Under the pieces are notes generated by a model. The model searched no databases and was not told the DNA's origin. It was given only the letters and a program-made list of their open reading frames with translations. This document shows, piece after piece, positions 47,191 to 56,943 of a stretch of 64,000 nucleotides of DNA (its first letter is position 1; every line of letters begins with the position of its first letter). The translations under genes and the position numbers were made by a program. Origin of the DNA: Planctomycetota bacterium (lineage in GTDB: Bacteria > Planctomycetota > MHYJ01 > WSZJ01). The stretch covers positions 28,549 to 92,548 of the forward strand of contig JBBTCT010000014.1 in the NCBI GenBank assembly GCA_038060895.1, in the 5' to 3' direction.

Positions 47191-48828
47191 CTACTTCGGC
47201 GTCCCCGCCGCCTTCGCGGCCGCTTCGTTTTCCTCGAGCACCGCTTCGAGCCCGAAAAAGTGTTTCCGCAGGACGCGGTCGCGATCGACCCACCAGGTGG
47301 CGCGGGCTTTGTCGCCGACGCGCTCGACGAATTTGCAGAGCATGACTTTCTGGCCGCGGATTTCCGTCTCCTGCTCGCCGTGACATTCGAGGATGCAGAG
47401 GGCGGGTTCGGTCTGGGCCATGGCGAGCCGCTGGACGGAGCGGCGGGAGCCGGGGGCCTGCGGGAACGTGGCGATCCACTGGTGGAGGCCGAAGCCGGGC
47501 ACGAAATCTTCGGGCAGCGTGCGCTTGTAGGGTTTGCCCTGCCACGTGCCGATGAAGCCGGTTTCGATGTGGCGGAGTGTGAAGAAGGGCTGGCCGAGTT
47601 CGGTCTGGATTCCGTCCTGCATGAAGTGGCAATTGGCGATGCGGTCGTTGGCGCCGAAGACGACGACGGCGGAGGAGTCGTGCCACTGGTTGTCCTGGCC
47701 CATGTAGTGGGTTTCGGCCTCGAACATCGCTCCTTCGCCGGTCGGGCTGACCGTCTGGGATTCCCAACCTGCGGGCTGGCCGTCCTTCGTGAGCGAGAAC
47801 CAGCACTTCATTTTCTTGAGCGGGGCCCTCTCGCCGAGTTCGCGCGTCGGCGCGGCGCCGACCGAGGGTGGAAGATCCTCCGGTCTCCGGGGCGGGTCGG
47901 ACGTTCGATTGGCGACGGCAGAGTTGGCGCCCGGCGGGGGAGGGGCGGTTGCACGTCCGAGGAGGCGCGAAGGCGAGTCGGCGATTCCGGGCGGCATGGG
48001 CGCGCCCCCGGGGATCTGGGAAGGCATGATGATTCCGGATCCGGGGACGCCGGACGGCCTGCTCGTGGCACCCGGCGGCGAAATGACGGTGGACTGCCGC
48101 CCCACGGGGCTTCCCGTCGAGCCAAGAACCTTCGTCGGGTCGTCGAATCCTGCGATCCCGCCGCCGCCCGTCTGCCTGTCGCGGGGCGTCGTCGGGGCCA
48201 AGGTCTGCTTCGCAATCGTCTCCGACACCTCAAGGTACGCTTCGAGACCGAAGCTCACGCGCAGGACGGTCCTGTCCGCATCCACCCACCAGTGATTCCG
48301 CTCCTTGCCGGCGACGCGCTCGATGAAGTGCCACGCCTTGAGGGGCCGGCCGCCGACCTTGACGAATTCCTCGCCCATGCATTCGATCGACGCGGGCGCC
48401 GCTGCGTCCGATCCCATCGGCAGCCGCGAGAACCCGGCAAGCGAGCGATCCTCGAACGGAAGCGTGGCGACCCACTCGGCGTTGCCGAAATTGGGAAGGA
48501 AGTCGTGGGGAAGGATTTTGGTGAAGGGCTTCCCGGCCCACGTCCCGCTGAAGACGTCGCCGTTGCGGCGGATCTGGAATCCCATGACACCGTCGCTCTG
48601 GTAGCGGACGGCCTCGAGCCGCGTGCCGCCGGTCCCGAACGCGAGGGTCGCGATCCCCTCGGACATCCCGGTCGGTGAACGGCGCGCCGTAAATGTCTCA
48701 ACCGTGGCGCTTCCGTCGGACACCGCCGAAACCACGTGGCGTTCGTAGCCCACCCGTTGCCCGTTCTGGTCCCACAGGGAGTACCAGCGGACGCCGCTTT
48801 TGAAAGGTGTGCGTTGAACGGTCGGCAT
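47191..48828 (-). CDS. Hypothetical protein with internally duplicated domain and Pro/Gly linker
   Basis: WYSL..NGQ.VGYE / WFSL.KDGQ.AGWE, GTWAGKPF / GTWQGKPY and WWVDADRTVL / WWVDRDRVL. Confidence 0.75.
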   Translation of the reverse strand: MPTVQRTPFKSGVRWYSLWDQNGQRVGYERHVVSAVSDGSATVETFTARRSPTGMSEGIATLAFGTGGTRLEAVRYQSDGVMGFQIRRNGDVFSGTWAGKPFTKILPHDFLPNFGNAEWVATLPFEDRSLAGFSRLPMGSDAAAPASIECMGEEFVKVGGRPLKAWHFIERVAGKERNHWWVDADRTVLRVSFGLEAYLEVSETIAKQTLAPTTPRDRQTGGGGIAGFDDPTKVLGSTGSPVGRQSTVISPPGATSRPSGVPGSGIIMPSQIPGGAPMPPGIADSPSRLLGRATAPPPPGANSAVANRTSDPPRRPEDLPPSVGAAPTRELGERAPLKKMKCWFSLTKDGQPAGWESQTVSPTGEGAMFEAETHYMGQDNQWHDSSAVVVFGANDRIANCHFMQDGIQTELGQPFFTLRHIETGFIGTWQGKPYKRTLPEDFVPGFGLHQWIATFPQAPGSRRSVQRLAMAQTEPALCILECHGEQETEIRGQKVMLCKFVERVGDKARATWWVDRDRVLRKHFFGLEAVLEENEAAAKAAGTPK

Positions 48829-48932
48829 GGGAATTCTTGCGGGCGCGATCTTGAAGGGTGCGCGCGCCGCGTGGAAGTGATTTTACCGCGAATCCCGCCG
48901 GGCGGGCCGATGTTTTTTTTACGGGCCGCTGC

Positions 48933-50135
48933 TCAGCTCGCGAGCTTCAGCACGATCGCGACCGCGGCCTTCGCCTTCGCGCGCTTCACCTCGATCTCCA
49001 GCCGGTCCTTTCCGAACTCCAGGATTTCGTCAAAACCGTTCGAGTAGGGGAGCGGGAATTCGACCACGTGGTCCGGGGTCACGCCCTTGCCTTCGAGCTT
49101 GTCTCCCTTTGTGTACATCCGCCCGTCCACCACGGGGCACAGCAGGCAGGAGCCGTCCGATAGCGGGAAGAACTGCGAGCCGAGCACGGCGCCCTCGGTC
49201 GTGCGGCCGACCGCGGGGCCAAGCTTCTCCTTCATGAAGGACCACGTGAAGATCTCCTTCGCCGACCGCGAGCGATCGTCCACGAGCAGCACGACCGGCT
49301 TGTCCCACGCCCCGGTGCGGAAAAGGCCGAGGATCGCGTTCATCACGATCGGCGATCCGCCGCGCCCGCGGATGTCGAGCAGCAGCCCGTCGCACTTCTT
49401 GAATTCCTTCGCCATCGCGTCGGAGACCGTCTTGAAGATCGGCGCGACGAGGAAATGCCAGGTGTGGACGTAGCCGAATCTCATGCCGTGGTACTTGATC
49501 ACGCGCACGCTGTTCTTTGTCGCTTCGATCGCGGAAATCGGCTCCGGCGTCACAGGCACCGAACGCGGTTTCCCTTTCTCCGACTCGACCGTCAGCATCA
49601 CTTTTTCCGTCCCCTCGGTGCGCAGGTACCACAGCGGCGGCCACGGCAGCCCGGGATCGCTTCCCGCCTGTTCCACAAGCCCCGACTTCTTCGCAGGGAT
49701 GCCGTTGATCTTCACGATCCGGTCGCCGCGCCTGATCCCCGCTTTCTCCGCCGGCCCGCCCTCGAAGATGCTGCGTACAAACAACCCCCCGTCGATTTCG
49801 ATCGCTTCAAACCCGATCTGCGGCACGGGCTCGGAGCCCATCTCCGGCAACATGTGTTCCTGGTACGCGTCCTTCGAAAGCAGAACCAGGTGCGAGGCCT
49901 TGAGTTCTCCCAGCATCCGGTTCGTGATCTCAATCAGCTCCGTCTGCGTCTTCGCCGCCTTTGCCAGCGGGCGGTACTGTTCCTTCAGCGCGTCCCAGTC
50001 CATGCCGTGCATCTTCTTGTCATAAAAGCGCGCCTTCGTCGTCTTCCACGCCTCGTCGAACGTCTTGATGCGGGGCTTTTCGGCGAGGGCGGGCAGGGCG
50101 AGGGCGAGGAGAAGAGCGGAGGCCAGGAGGCGCAT
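48933..50135 (-). CDS. S41 family peptidase with PDZ domain
   Basis: Signal peptide, FYD...HG.DW, L..SH, PDZ GPAEKAGI..GD.I, LLDIRG.GG, SAKE and G..T.GAV. Confidence 0.9.
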   Translation of the reverse strand: MRLLASALLLALALPALAEKPRIKTFDEAWKTTKARFYDKKMHGMDWDALKEQYRPLAKAAKTQTELIEITNRMLGELKASHLVLLSKDAYQEHMLPEMGSEPVPQIGFEAIEIDGGLFVRSIFEGGPAEKAGIRRGDRIVKINGIPAKKSGLVEQAGSDPGLPWPPLWYLRTEGTEKVMLTVESEKGKPRSVPVTPEPISAIEATKNSVRVIKYHGMRFGYVHTWHFLVAPIFKTVSDAMAKEFKKCDGLLLDIRGRGGSPIVMNAILGLFRTGAWDKPVVLLVDDRSRSAKEIFTWSFMKEKLGPAVGRTTEGAVLGSQFFPLSDGSCLLCPVVDGRMYTKGDKLEGKGVTPDHVVEFPLPYSNGFDEILEFGKDRLEIEVKRAKAKAAVAIVLKLAS

Positions 50136-50205
50136 GGAGTGGAGTCCTGTTCGTGAAGTGAAGGGTGATACGGGACCGGAGGTCGAAGTGATGGAAGCGG
50201 ATTCG

Positions 50206-50877
50206 CTATCCGTATCGAGTGGGGTCTGCCACGCCCGCTTCGCGAAACCCCTGCCTGCGAATCACGCACGAGTCGCAAGCGCCGCATGCCCGGCCACGCG
50301 CGTCCGGGTCGTAGCACGAATGCGTGATCGACAGGTCCAGCCTGGCGCGCACTGCCGCGAGGATGATCTGCGCCTTGCTCAACTTGAGAAGAGGCGCATG
50401 GATTTTCCATCGCGCACCTTTCGCGCCGGATTTCGTCCCTGTCGCCAGCACTCTCTCAAACGCCCGAAGGAACTGCGGCCGGCAATCGGGGTACCCCGAA
50501 TAGTCGAGCACGTTGAACCCGACCACCAGGTCGCGCGCGCCGATCGTCTCGGCAAACGCCGCGGCAATCGACAGGAAGACCGTGTTCCGCGCCGGCACGT
50601 AGGTGGACGGAATCCCCTTGCCGATCCGACGGCGATTCGGCACGGCAATTCGCCGGTCCGTCAGCGCGCTTCCGCCGAACGCCGCCAAGTCCAGGTCGAC
50701 CTCGCGGTGGTCGCGGATCCCGAAGTGTCGCGCCACCCGGCGTGCCGCGGCCATCTCCACCGCATGGCGCTGGCCGTAGCGGAACGAGAGGGCGTGGAGG
50801 CGGAAGCGACTCTGAAGCAGCGTTCCCGCGGTCGCGGAGTCGAGTCCGCCGGATAGAAGGAGGACGGCCTTGCGCAC
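50206..50877 (-). CDS. queC: 7-cyano-7-deazaguanine synthase
   Basis: LSGGLDS, YGQRH..E, STYVPARN, YSGYPDCR and SCY......CGACDSC..R. Confidence 0.95.
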   Translation of the reverse strand: MRKAVLLLSGGLDSATAGTLLQSRFRLHALSFRYGQRHAVEMAAARRVARHFGIRDHREVDLDLAAFGGSALTDRRIAVPNRRRIGKGIPSTYVPARNTVFLSIAAAFAETIGARDLVVGFNVLDYSGYPDCRPQFLRAFERVLATGTKSGAKGARWKIHAPLLKLSKAQIILAAVRARLDLSITHSCYDPDARGRACGACDSCVIRRQGFREAGVADPTRYG

Positions 50878-50978
50878 GACCGGATGCTACGGAATTCGCG
50901 GCCGGGAGGCGACGAACCCCGCAAAGGCGGCAAGTCCCGGGCGGCGCCGCGCGTGCATTGAGGCTGCGTAAAACAGTC

Positions 50979-51016
50979 TTGATTTCAGGTACCAGGAACC
51001 TAAAATAGGTCAGGTA
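50979..51016 (+). promoter_or_regulatory. Promoter TTGATT-N16-TAAAAT with overlapping repeats
   Basis: An ACCT-AAAAT-AGGT palindrome covers the -10 box. CAGGTA is repeated at 50986 and 51011. Confidence 0.45.
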
Positions 51017-51032
51017 GATTCTGGAGGTCGCG

Positions 51033-51413
51033 ATGCCAGCCGGCCGGGAGCCCGAGGTTTAGCGGCTCAAGTACATGGTCGGGATTCCAATTCCCTCCCA
51101 GGACCGGGAAGGGAATCCGTTGAGGAAGTCGGACGTCGAGAAGTGGACGTGCCAGGTGCAGCAGGTACTCACCGATTGTTTTGGAGGCGCGACGCCTGTG
51201 CCCGCGCCTGCATTCAATCGGGTCGGATCGCGGGTGATGTTCGAGGCGAGGCAGGTGCTGGTGCTCTCGGCGTGCAGGAACCGGAATTAGTATCTCTCGA
51301 AGCAGGGCGTGATCGGCCAGTTGGCGCAGGACATGAAAGAGGCTCTCAACCAGTACGCGGTCATCGTCCTTGCATTCCCCAGCGATTCGATTCTCGTTGT
51401 GGACAAGGGCTGA
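51033..51413 (+). pseudogene. 126-codon ORF interrupted by two in-frame TAG codons (51060, 51288)
   Basis: GGAGG SD before ATG 51033. The frame reads as protein-like through both stops to TGA 51411. Confidence 0.55.
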
Positions 51414-51442
51414 AGAGCCGCACAGATGGAAAGGAGAAACAG

Positions 51443-51817
51443 GTGAAATTCAAAGGCGTCGAGTTCATCGAGATCGCTCCGGGCACGACCCGGCGGGACC
51501 GCGCCGCGGAACGCATCGTGCGTCGGTACTATCCCGATTGCGGGCCGGTCACGGTGTACCGCACCACGGACGGCGAGCTTGGTTTCCAGGCAAACATCCC
51601 GATCATTCCGGGGGACAAGTCCCGCATCGAGCGGATGTACGCCGAGCTCAATCGCGCCCTGGGAGAGCGCCGCGGCCGCCCTCGCGGCGAGCCGACCGTG
51701 CAAACAAAGCTCAACCTGCCGAAGAAGATCTACAACGCTCTCAAGGGCGCGGCGAAGAAGTCGGGGTCGAGCATGTCGCGGCTGGTGGCGGACTATGTGA
51801 GGGCGAATCTGCTGTAG
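51443..51817 (+). CDS. Small protein with C-terminal ribbon-helix-helix (antitoxin-like)
   Basis: AAGGAG SD and GTG start, RGRP motif then VQTKLNLPKKIYNALK.AAKKSG.SMSRLVADYV. Confidence 0.7.
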   Translation: MKFKGVEFIEIAPGTTRRDRAAERIVRRYYPDCGPVTVYRTTDGELGFQANIPIIPGDKSRIERMYAELNRALGERRGRPRGEPTVQTKLNLPKKIYNALKGAAKKSGSSMSRLVADYVRANLL

Positions 51818-51902
51818 AACCGTTTCGCGGGGCTTCTTGTGGCCCGTAGACGAGGTCGGTTTGGTCTCGATTTCGACGGGAGTGCGCGTTTAGAGTGCGG
51901 CC

Positions 51903-52811
51903 ATGGGACTGGACGTCTTCGTCATGCCGATTTCGGCGTATCTCGCGGGGCGCTTTGAGAGCCCTCTCGCCCAAGTGCTGGGTTCGGCAGCGGCGGCGAA
52001 TGTGATTCGCGTGGGCAACCCGAAGCCGGACGCGGCTCCGGACTTGGCCGCCGAGCACTTGGCGTGGATGCAGGCGGAGCTGACGCGGCTTACGGGCAGG
52101 ACTGTGGCGTGGCGCGACGCCGGGGAGACGGTCTTCTCGCGGCAGTACCACTACGGCTCCGTGCAGGCCGTGAGGGCACTCGCTGCGTCCGTGGAATACC
52201 CGAACCTTTCAGTTGACGCGGCAGGGAAGCCCCTTCCGGTCGAACGATTTGACCGCGAGCACCCGGCCCTGGTCCACGTCTACCGCGGCGCGGCGACGAA
52301 ATTCCCTCACCTCATCTGGCACGCAGACAACCAGGGGTATTACGTCCCTTGCGATTTCCCGGAACCAGTGAAGCTCGGACTATCGCCGCTCGAACGGGCC
52401 GCGCAGGAGAAACAGGACGCGGAGGACCGGGCATTCTACGAGCAGGAGGCGGCGAAGCGGAAGTCGCTCCGGTGGAAGCTCGAACGGCTCTTTCACCGCA
52501 TTGACCTGCTGTTCCGCCCCGCGAAAGAGCGGGAGTTTCACCGGCTCCTCATGGCAATGGAGGATGTTCTCGAATCGCCCAGCCCCGCGGACGGGCGATG
52601 GGACTGGGTAGGTTCCTCCATCGCCTTGCTCCGCGAACTCGAGGTGCTTCGCAGCCACGCCGGCGTGGAGCGCGACTGGAACGGCCTGCCCGACGAGACG
52701 CTCGCGGAGGAATCCGATCCGTTCCGCGGGCTGAAGTACGCGTGGGCATTTCTCCACAAAGCTGGGAGGGAGTCCGTCGCGAACGGCCTTCCCATTGTCT
52801 TCGACGGCTAG
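51903..52811 (+). CDS. Hypothetical protein
   Basis: Long ORF with MGLDV start, HL..H.D..GYYVP.DF, GSS..L..EL and terminal PIVF.G. Confidence 0.7.
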   Translation: MGLDVFVMPISAYLAGRFESPLAQVLGSAAAANVIRVGNPKPDAAPDLAAEHLAWMQAELTRLTGRTVAWRDAGETVFSRQYHYGSVQAVRALAASVEYPNLSVDAAGKPLPVERFDREHPALVHVYRGAATKFPHLIWHADNQGYYVPCDFPEPVKLGLSPLERAAQEKQDAEDRAFYEQEAAKRKSLRWKLERLFHRIDLLFRPAKEREFHRLLMAMEDVLESPSPADGRWDWVGSSIALLRELEVLRSHAGVERDWNGLPDETLAEESDPFRGLKYAWAFLHKAGRESVANGLPIVFDG

Positions 52812-52883
52812 CTGGTGGAATCAGGTGGCCTGCGCGAGGGATTGTTCCGAACCGGCGCGTTCCTGCGGAGATAAACTCCTGAT

Positions 52884-54128
52884 ATGTCGTCCCATGAACC
52901 CCTTCTGAATTCAAACATCCCGGTCGCGTCTTCACCCGGAGGTGCGGATGCCTCGCGGGTCTTGAACACGTCCGGCGGCCCTACGGCGAGCCCGGATCCC
53001 GTCCCGCCCTTTGTCGGACGGCTGATCGCCGGGTACCACGTGGACGAACTGGTCGGCGCGGGCGGTTTCTCAATGGTGTTCCGCGCCACTCGGGTGTCGT
53101 CCGGCGAGACGGTCGCGCTCAAGCTTCCGCGGGCCGAAGGGTTCCTCGAGCACCTGCGCCGTGAGGCCGTCGTCGCCTCGGGGTTCGTCGACCCTCAGGT
53201 CGTGGACATCCGCGAGGTTCGGCTCGATCACGACCCGCCGTTCCTCGTCATGGGATTCATCCAGGGGGCCGACCTGGCCCTTCCGTCAGGGCCCGTGCCT
53301 CCCGCGGAGATCGGGAAAGCGTTCGAGACCTTTCGCGACATCGCGGCGGTCGTGGCGCGGATGCACGAGTCCGGGGTCGTGCATGGCGACCTGAAGCCGG
53401 GCAACCTGCGGATCGACCCGGCAGGCAAGTGCCACGTGCTCGACCTGGGCGTGGCGCGGCAGCAGGTCGCCGTGCGGCAGGTGTCGACGCTTCGCGCCTC
53501 GATGCACAGCGTCACCGGCGAGAAGATCGCGGGGACGCTGGAGTACATGGCGCCGGAAGTGCTGGCCTGCGGGAAGCCGGGGACGCCGGCGGACGTGTAT
53601 GCGCTCGGCGTCATCCTTCACTCCCTGCTGTGCGGCCGCCCGCCGGCGTTCGGGGTGAGCCCATCGGAGATCAACCCGTATCTGCCACCGGGGTTCGGGC
53701 CGTTCCTGCGGGCGCTGCTCCACCATGACCCGAAGGCGCGTATCGAACGGGCCGGGGACCTTCTCCCGGCCATCGACGGATTCATCGAGGCGGAGAAGCG
53801 CTGCCTCGCGCGGAGGGACGGTCACGCGCGGCGCCGCGTCCTGATGGAAAGCCTGCGCACACTGGGCCGTGCCGGGCGGGTCCTGTTCTGGACGGCCGCC
53901 GCCATATCCCTCGCATTCCTGGCGTCGCTGACCCCCGCCGGCGCGGACGTTGCCCGGGAGTTGGAGCTTGCATCGTTGCTGGGGATGCTGGTCATGCCGG
54001 GGGCCGTCCTTGGCCTGGTGGGCATCCTCCTCGGGGTCACCTCGATCAATGCGTGGATCCTGCGGATCCCTGCGCGGGCGTACAAGGAGCGGCCGGGACA
54101 CAAGTTCTGGTCGTTCATGATGAAATGA
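52884..54128 (+). CDS. Hanks-type Ser/Thr kinase with two C-terminal TMs
   Basis: GAGGFSMV, VALK, HGDLKPGN, DLG, GTLEYMAPE and DVYALG. Confidence 0.9.
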   Translation: MSSHEPLLNSNIPVASSPGGADASRVLNTSGGPTASPDPVPPFVGRLIAGYHVDELVGAGGFSMVFRATRVSSGETVALKLPRAEGFLEHLRREAVVASGFVDPQVVDIREVRLDHDPPFLVMGFIQGADLALPSGPVPPAEIGKAFETFRDIAAVVARMHESGVVHGDLKPGNLRIDPAGKCHVLDLGVARQQVAVRQVSTLRASMHSVTGEKIAGTLEYMAPEVLACGKPGTPADVYALGVILHSLLCGRPPAFGVSPSEINPYLPPGFGPFLRALLHHDPKARIERAGDLLPAIDGFIEAEKRCLARRDGHARRRVLMESLRTLGRAGRVLFWTAAAISLAFLASLTPAGADVARELELASLLGMLVMPGAVLGLVGILLGVTSINAWILRIPARAYKERPGHKFWSFMMK

Positions 54129-55183
54129 GAGAGGCGCCCGGCATCGAGCTCCTGGAGCAGGTCTCGGTCACCAACCTCAGCGAGGTGTGGCGTGGCCGCC
54201 TCGTGCCCGGTGGCGCCGCGGTCGCGGTGAAATTCGCGGCGGGCACCGCATCGGCGGCGAACCTGTCGGCGGAAGCGGAGATCGCAAGCCGGCTCGTCAG
54301 CCGAGGGCTCAAGGGCATCGTCCCCGCCCGTTTCGTCGCCTCCCCGGAGCCCCATCTCGTTCTCCCGTGGATGGGCCGGCAGACGCTTCGAAACATCATC
54401 AACGGGATTCGGACCGAGGACGACCGGGGCCGCGCCTGCCGGATCCTCATGCACGTGATGGTGAACACGGCGGCCGTGCATCGCGAGGGCGTCCTCCACG
54501 GCGACCTCAAGCCCGAGAACATCCTCATCGGAGAGGGCTACCTGCCCTGGCTCACCGATTTCGGTATGGCGCGCCTGATCCACAGCGAGCGGCTCGACAA
54601 CCAGGTGAGCCGCTCCCTCGACACGACCGGCGAAGCGTGGGGAGGAACGCTCCCATACCTCCCGCCGGAAGGCCTGCACGGCGACCCGCCCTCGCTCTCC
54701 TGGGACGTCTACGCCATCGGCGTCATGCTGCACGAGGTCCTTATGGACCGGCGGCCGGACCGCGCGGCTTCGCCCGAAGTGCTTCGCGCCTGGCTTCCCT
54801 GGGAGATGGTGGACCTCCTTGTCGCGAGCCTCGCCTGGTCTCCCGCCGACCGGCTCCCCGACATGCCGCGCTTCTGCGACCGGCTCCGGCCGTACCAGGA
54901 GGAACTCGCGCTGACAGGATATGCCCGCATCGGCCTCCGCATCCAGCGCCGCCTCATGGTCTTCGTCGCGGCGTTCTTCATCCTGTACCGCCACCTCTGC
55001 GCCCTCGCGCTGCTGGCAACCTACGCCGCGATCGTCGTCTTCGCGGTCCTGTGGCGGGCGCCGATCGTCCTGCTGTCCTTCCTCCCATTCCTCATCCTCC
55101 ACCTTGTCGTTCGGTGGGAGGGGCCGGAAACGCTCGAAGAGGCCGCTCTTCGGAAGAGCGGCCAGGTGAAGAGCGGGGCGTAG
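54125..55183 (+). CDS. Hanks-type Ser/Thr kinase with C-terminal TMs
   Basis: VAVK, HGDLKPEN, DFG, GTLPYLPPE and DVYAIG. ATGA overlap with the upstream kinase. Confidence 0.88.
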   Translation: MREAPGIELLEQVSVTNLSEVWRGRLVPGGAAVAVKFAAGTASAANLSAEAEIASRLVSRGLKGIVPARFVASPEPHLVLPWMGRQTLRNIINGIRTEDDRGRACRILMHVMVNTAAVHREGVLHGDLKPENILIGEGYLPWLTDFGMARLIHSERLDNQVSRSLDTTGEAWGGTLPYLPPEGLHGDPPSLSWDVYAIGVMLHEVLMDRRPDRAASPEVLRAWLPWEMVDLLVASLAWSPADRLPDMPRFCDRLRPYQEELALTGYARIGLRIQRRLMVFVAAFFILYRHLCALALLATYAAIVVFAVLWRAPIVLLSFLPFLILHLVVRWEGPETLEEAALRKSGQVKSGA

Positions 55184-55201
55184 GGCGCAGGCTCCTCGCC
55201 G

Positions 55202-56842
55202 CTACATCGGAATCCTGATCCCGTTCTTCTTCGCCGCCCTCTTCGCCTCGTCATACCCGGCATCCGCATGCCGTGCGATCCCGATCCCGGGGTCGTTCGT
55301 GAGGACCATCGAGACGCGCTTCGACGACTTCGCGCTTCCGTCGACACAGATGACCTGGCCGGCGTGGATGGAGTAGCCGATGCCGACGCCGCCACCGTGG
55401 TGGACGGAGACCCACGTGGCGCCGCTGGCGGTGTTGAGGAGGGCGTTGAGGACGGGCCAGTCGGCGATGGCGTCGGAGCCGTCCTTCATGGCTTCGGTTT
55501 CGCGGTTAGGGGAAGCGACGCTTCCGGTGTCGAGGTGGTCACGGCCGATGACGAAGGGCGCCTTGACCTTCTTCTTCGCGACGAGCCGGTTCAGCAGTTC
55601 GCCGAAGCGGGCCCGTTCGCCCTGGCCGAGCCAGCAGATGCGGGCGGGGAGGCCCTGGAATTTCACGCGCTGGCGGGCCATGCGGATCCAGTTGGCGAGG
55701 GATTCGTTGTCGCCGAATTCCTTGAGGACGAGGTCGTCGGTGATCGCGATGTCCTTCGGGTCGCCGGAGAGGGCGGCCCAGCGGAAGGGGCCGCGGCCCT
55801 CGCAGAAGAGCGGGCGGACGTACGCCGGCACGAAGCCGGGGAAGTCGAACGCATTTTCGACGCCCGCGAGTTTTGCCTGGCCACGAAGATTGTTGCCGTA
55901 GTCGAAGACGACGGCGCCGGCCTTCTGCATGTCGAGCATCGCGCGGCAGTGGACCGCCATTGATTCCATCGAGCGGCGCACGTACTCCTGCGGCGCCTTT
56001 TCGCGGAGGCTTGCCGCGAGTTCGAGCGTCATGCCGTTGGGGACGTAACCGTTGAGCGCGTCGTGCGCGCTCGTCTGGTCCGTCACCACGTCCGGGGTGA
56101 TGCGCCGCTTCACCAGCTCCGGAAGAACGTCCGCGCAGTTCCCGACGAGCCCGACCGAGACGGCTTCCTTCTTTTGACGCGCTGCGTCAATCCACCGGAG
56201 CGCCTCGTCCAGCGAAGCGGTCATCCTGTCGCAGTACTTCTCGCCGACCCGCCGCCGGATGCGCGCGGGATCCACTTCCACGCACAGAATCGCCGCCCCC
56301 GCCATCGTCCCCGCCAGCGGCTGCGCCCCTCCCATCCCGCCCAGCCCGCCCGTCAGCACGAACTTCCCCGCGAGCGATCCTCCAAAGTGCTTCCTCCCCG
56401 CCGCCGCGAACGTCTCGTACGTCCCCTGCAGGATCCCCTGCGTCCCGATGTAGATCCACGACCCCGCCGTCATCTGGCCGAACATCGTCAGTCCCAGTGC
56501 TTCCAGCCGCCGGAATTCGCCCCACGTCGCCCAGTGCGGCACGAGAAGCGAATTGGCGATCAGCACGCGCGGCGCCATGTCGTGCGTCCTGAAGACGCCG
56601 ACCGGCTTGCCCGACTGCACGAGCATCGTCTCGTCGTCGCGAAGCTTCTTCAGCGTCGCGAGAATCGCCGCCAGGCACGCGTGGTTCCGCGCGGCCTTCC
56701 CGCTCCCGCCATAGACCACGAGGCGCTCCGGCGCTTCCGCCACCTCCGGGTCCAGGTTGTTCTGGATCATCCGGAACGGCGCTTCGGTCTGCCAGGACCG
56801 GCACGTGCGCTTCGGGCCTCGCGGGGCGCGGATCGGTTTCAT
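55202..56842 (-). CDS. hutU: Urocanate hydratase
   Basis: [50 protein letters not shown] and HHGGGVG. Confidence 0.97.
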   Translation of the reverse strand: MKPIRAPRGPKRTCRSWQTEAPFRMIQNNLDPEVAEAPERLVVYGGSGKAARNHACLAAILATLKKLRDDETMLVQSGKPVGVFRTHDMAPRVLIANSLLVPHWATWGEFRRLEALGLTMFGQMTAGSWIYIGTQGILQGTYETFAAAGRKHFGGSLAGKFVLTGGLGGMGGAQPLAGTMAGAAILCVEVDPARIRRRVGEKYCDRMTASLDEALRWIDAARQKKEAVSVGLVGNCADVLPELVKRRITPDVVTDQTSAHDALNGYVPNGMTLELAASLREKAPQEYVRRSMESMAVHCRAMLDMQKAGAVVFDYGNNLRGQAKLAGVENAFDFPGFVPAYVRPLFCEGRGPFRWAALSGDPKDIAITDDLVLKEFGDNESLANWIRMARQRVKFQGLPARICWLGQGERARFGELLNRLVAKKKVKAPFVIGRDHLDTGSVASPNRETEAMKDGSDAIADWPVLNALLNTASGATWVSVHHGGGVGIGYSIHAGQVICVDGSAKSSKRVSMVLTNDPGIGIARHADAGYDEAKRAAKKNGIRIPM

Positions 56843-56943
56843 GGACCGATTCTGCGCGAGGCCGGGCGGATCGGGAAGAACGGCGTCGCGGCTCTTCGAA
56901 GAAAAATCCCGATCGAGGGGACTCCGGACGTTAGGCTCGGGGA

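Noticed and set aside
50206-50877. Orphan queC as part of a defence system (Qat/Dpd-like)
   Set aside because: The sequence has canonical housekeeping QueC length and motifs, and no defence partner genes are adjacent.
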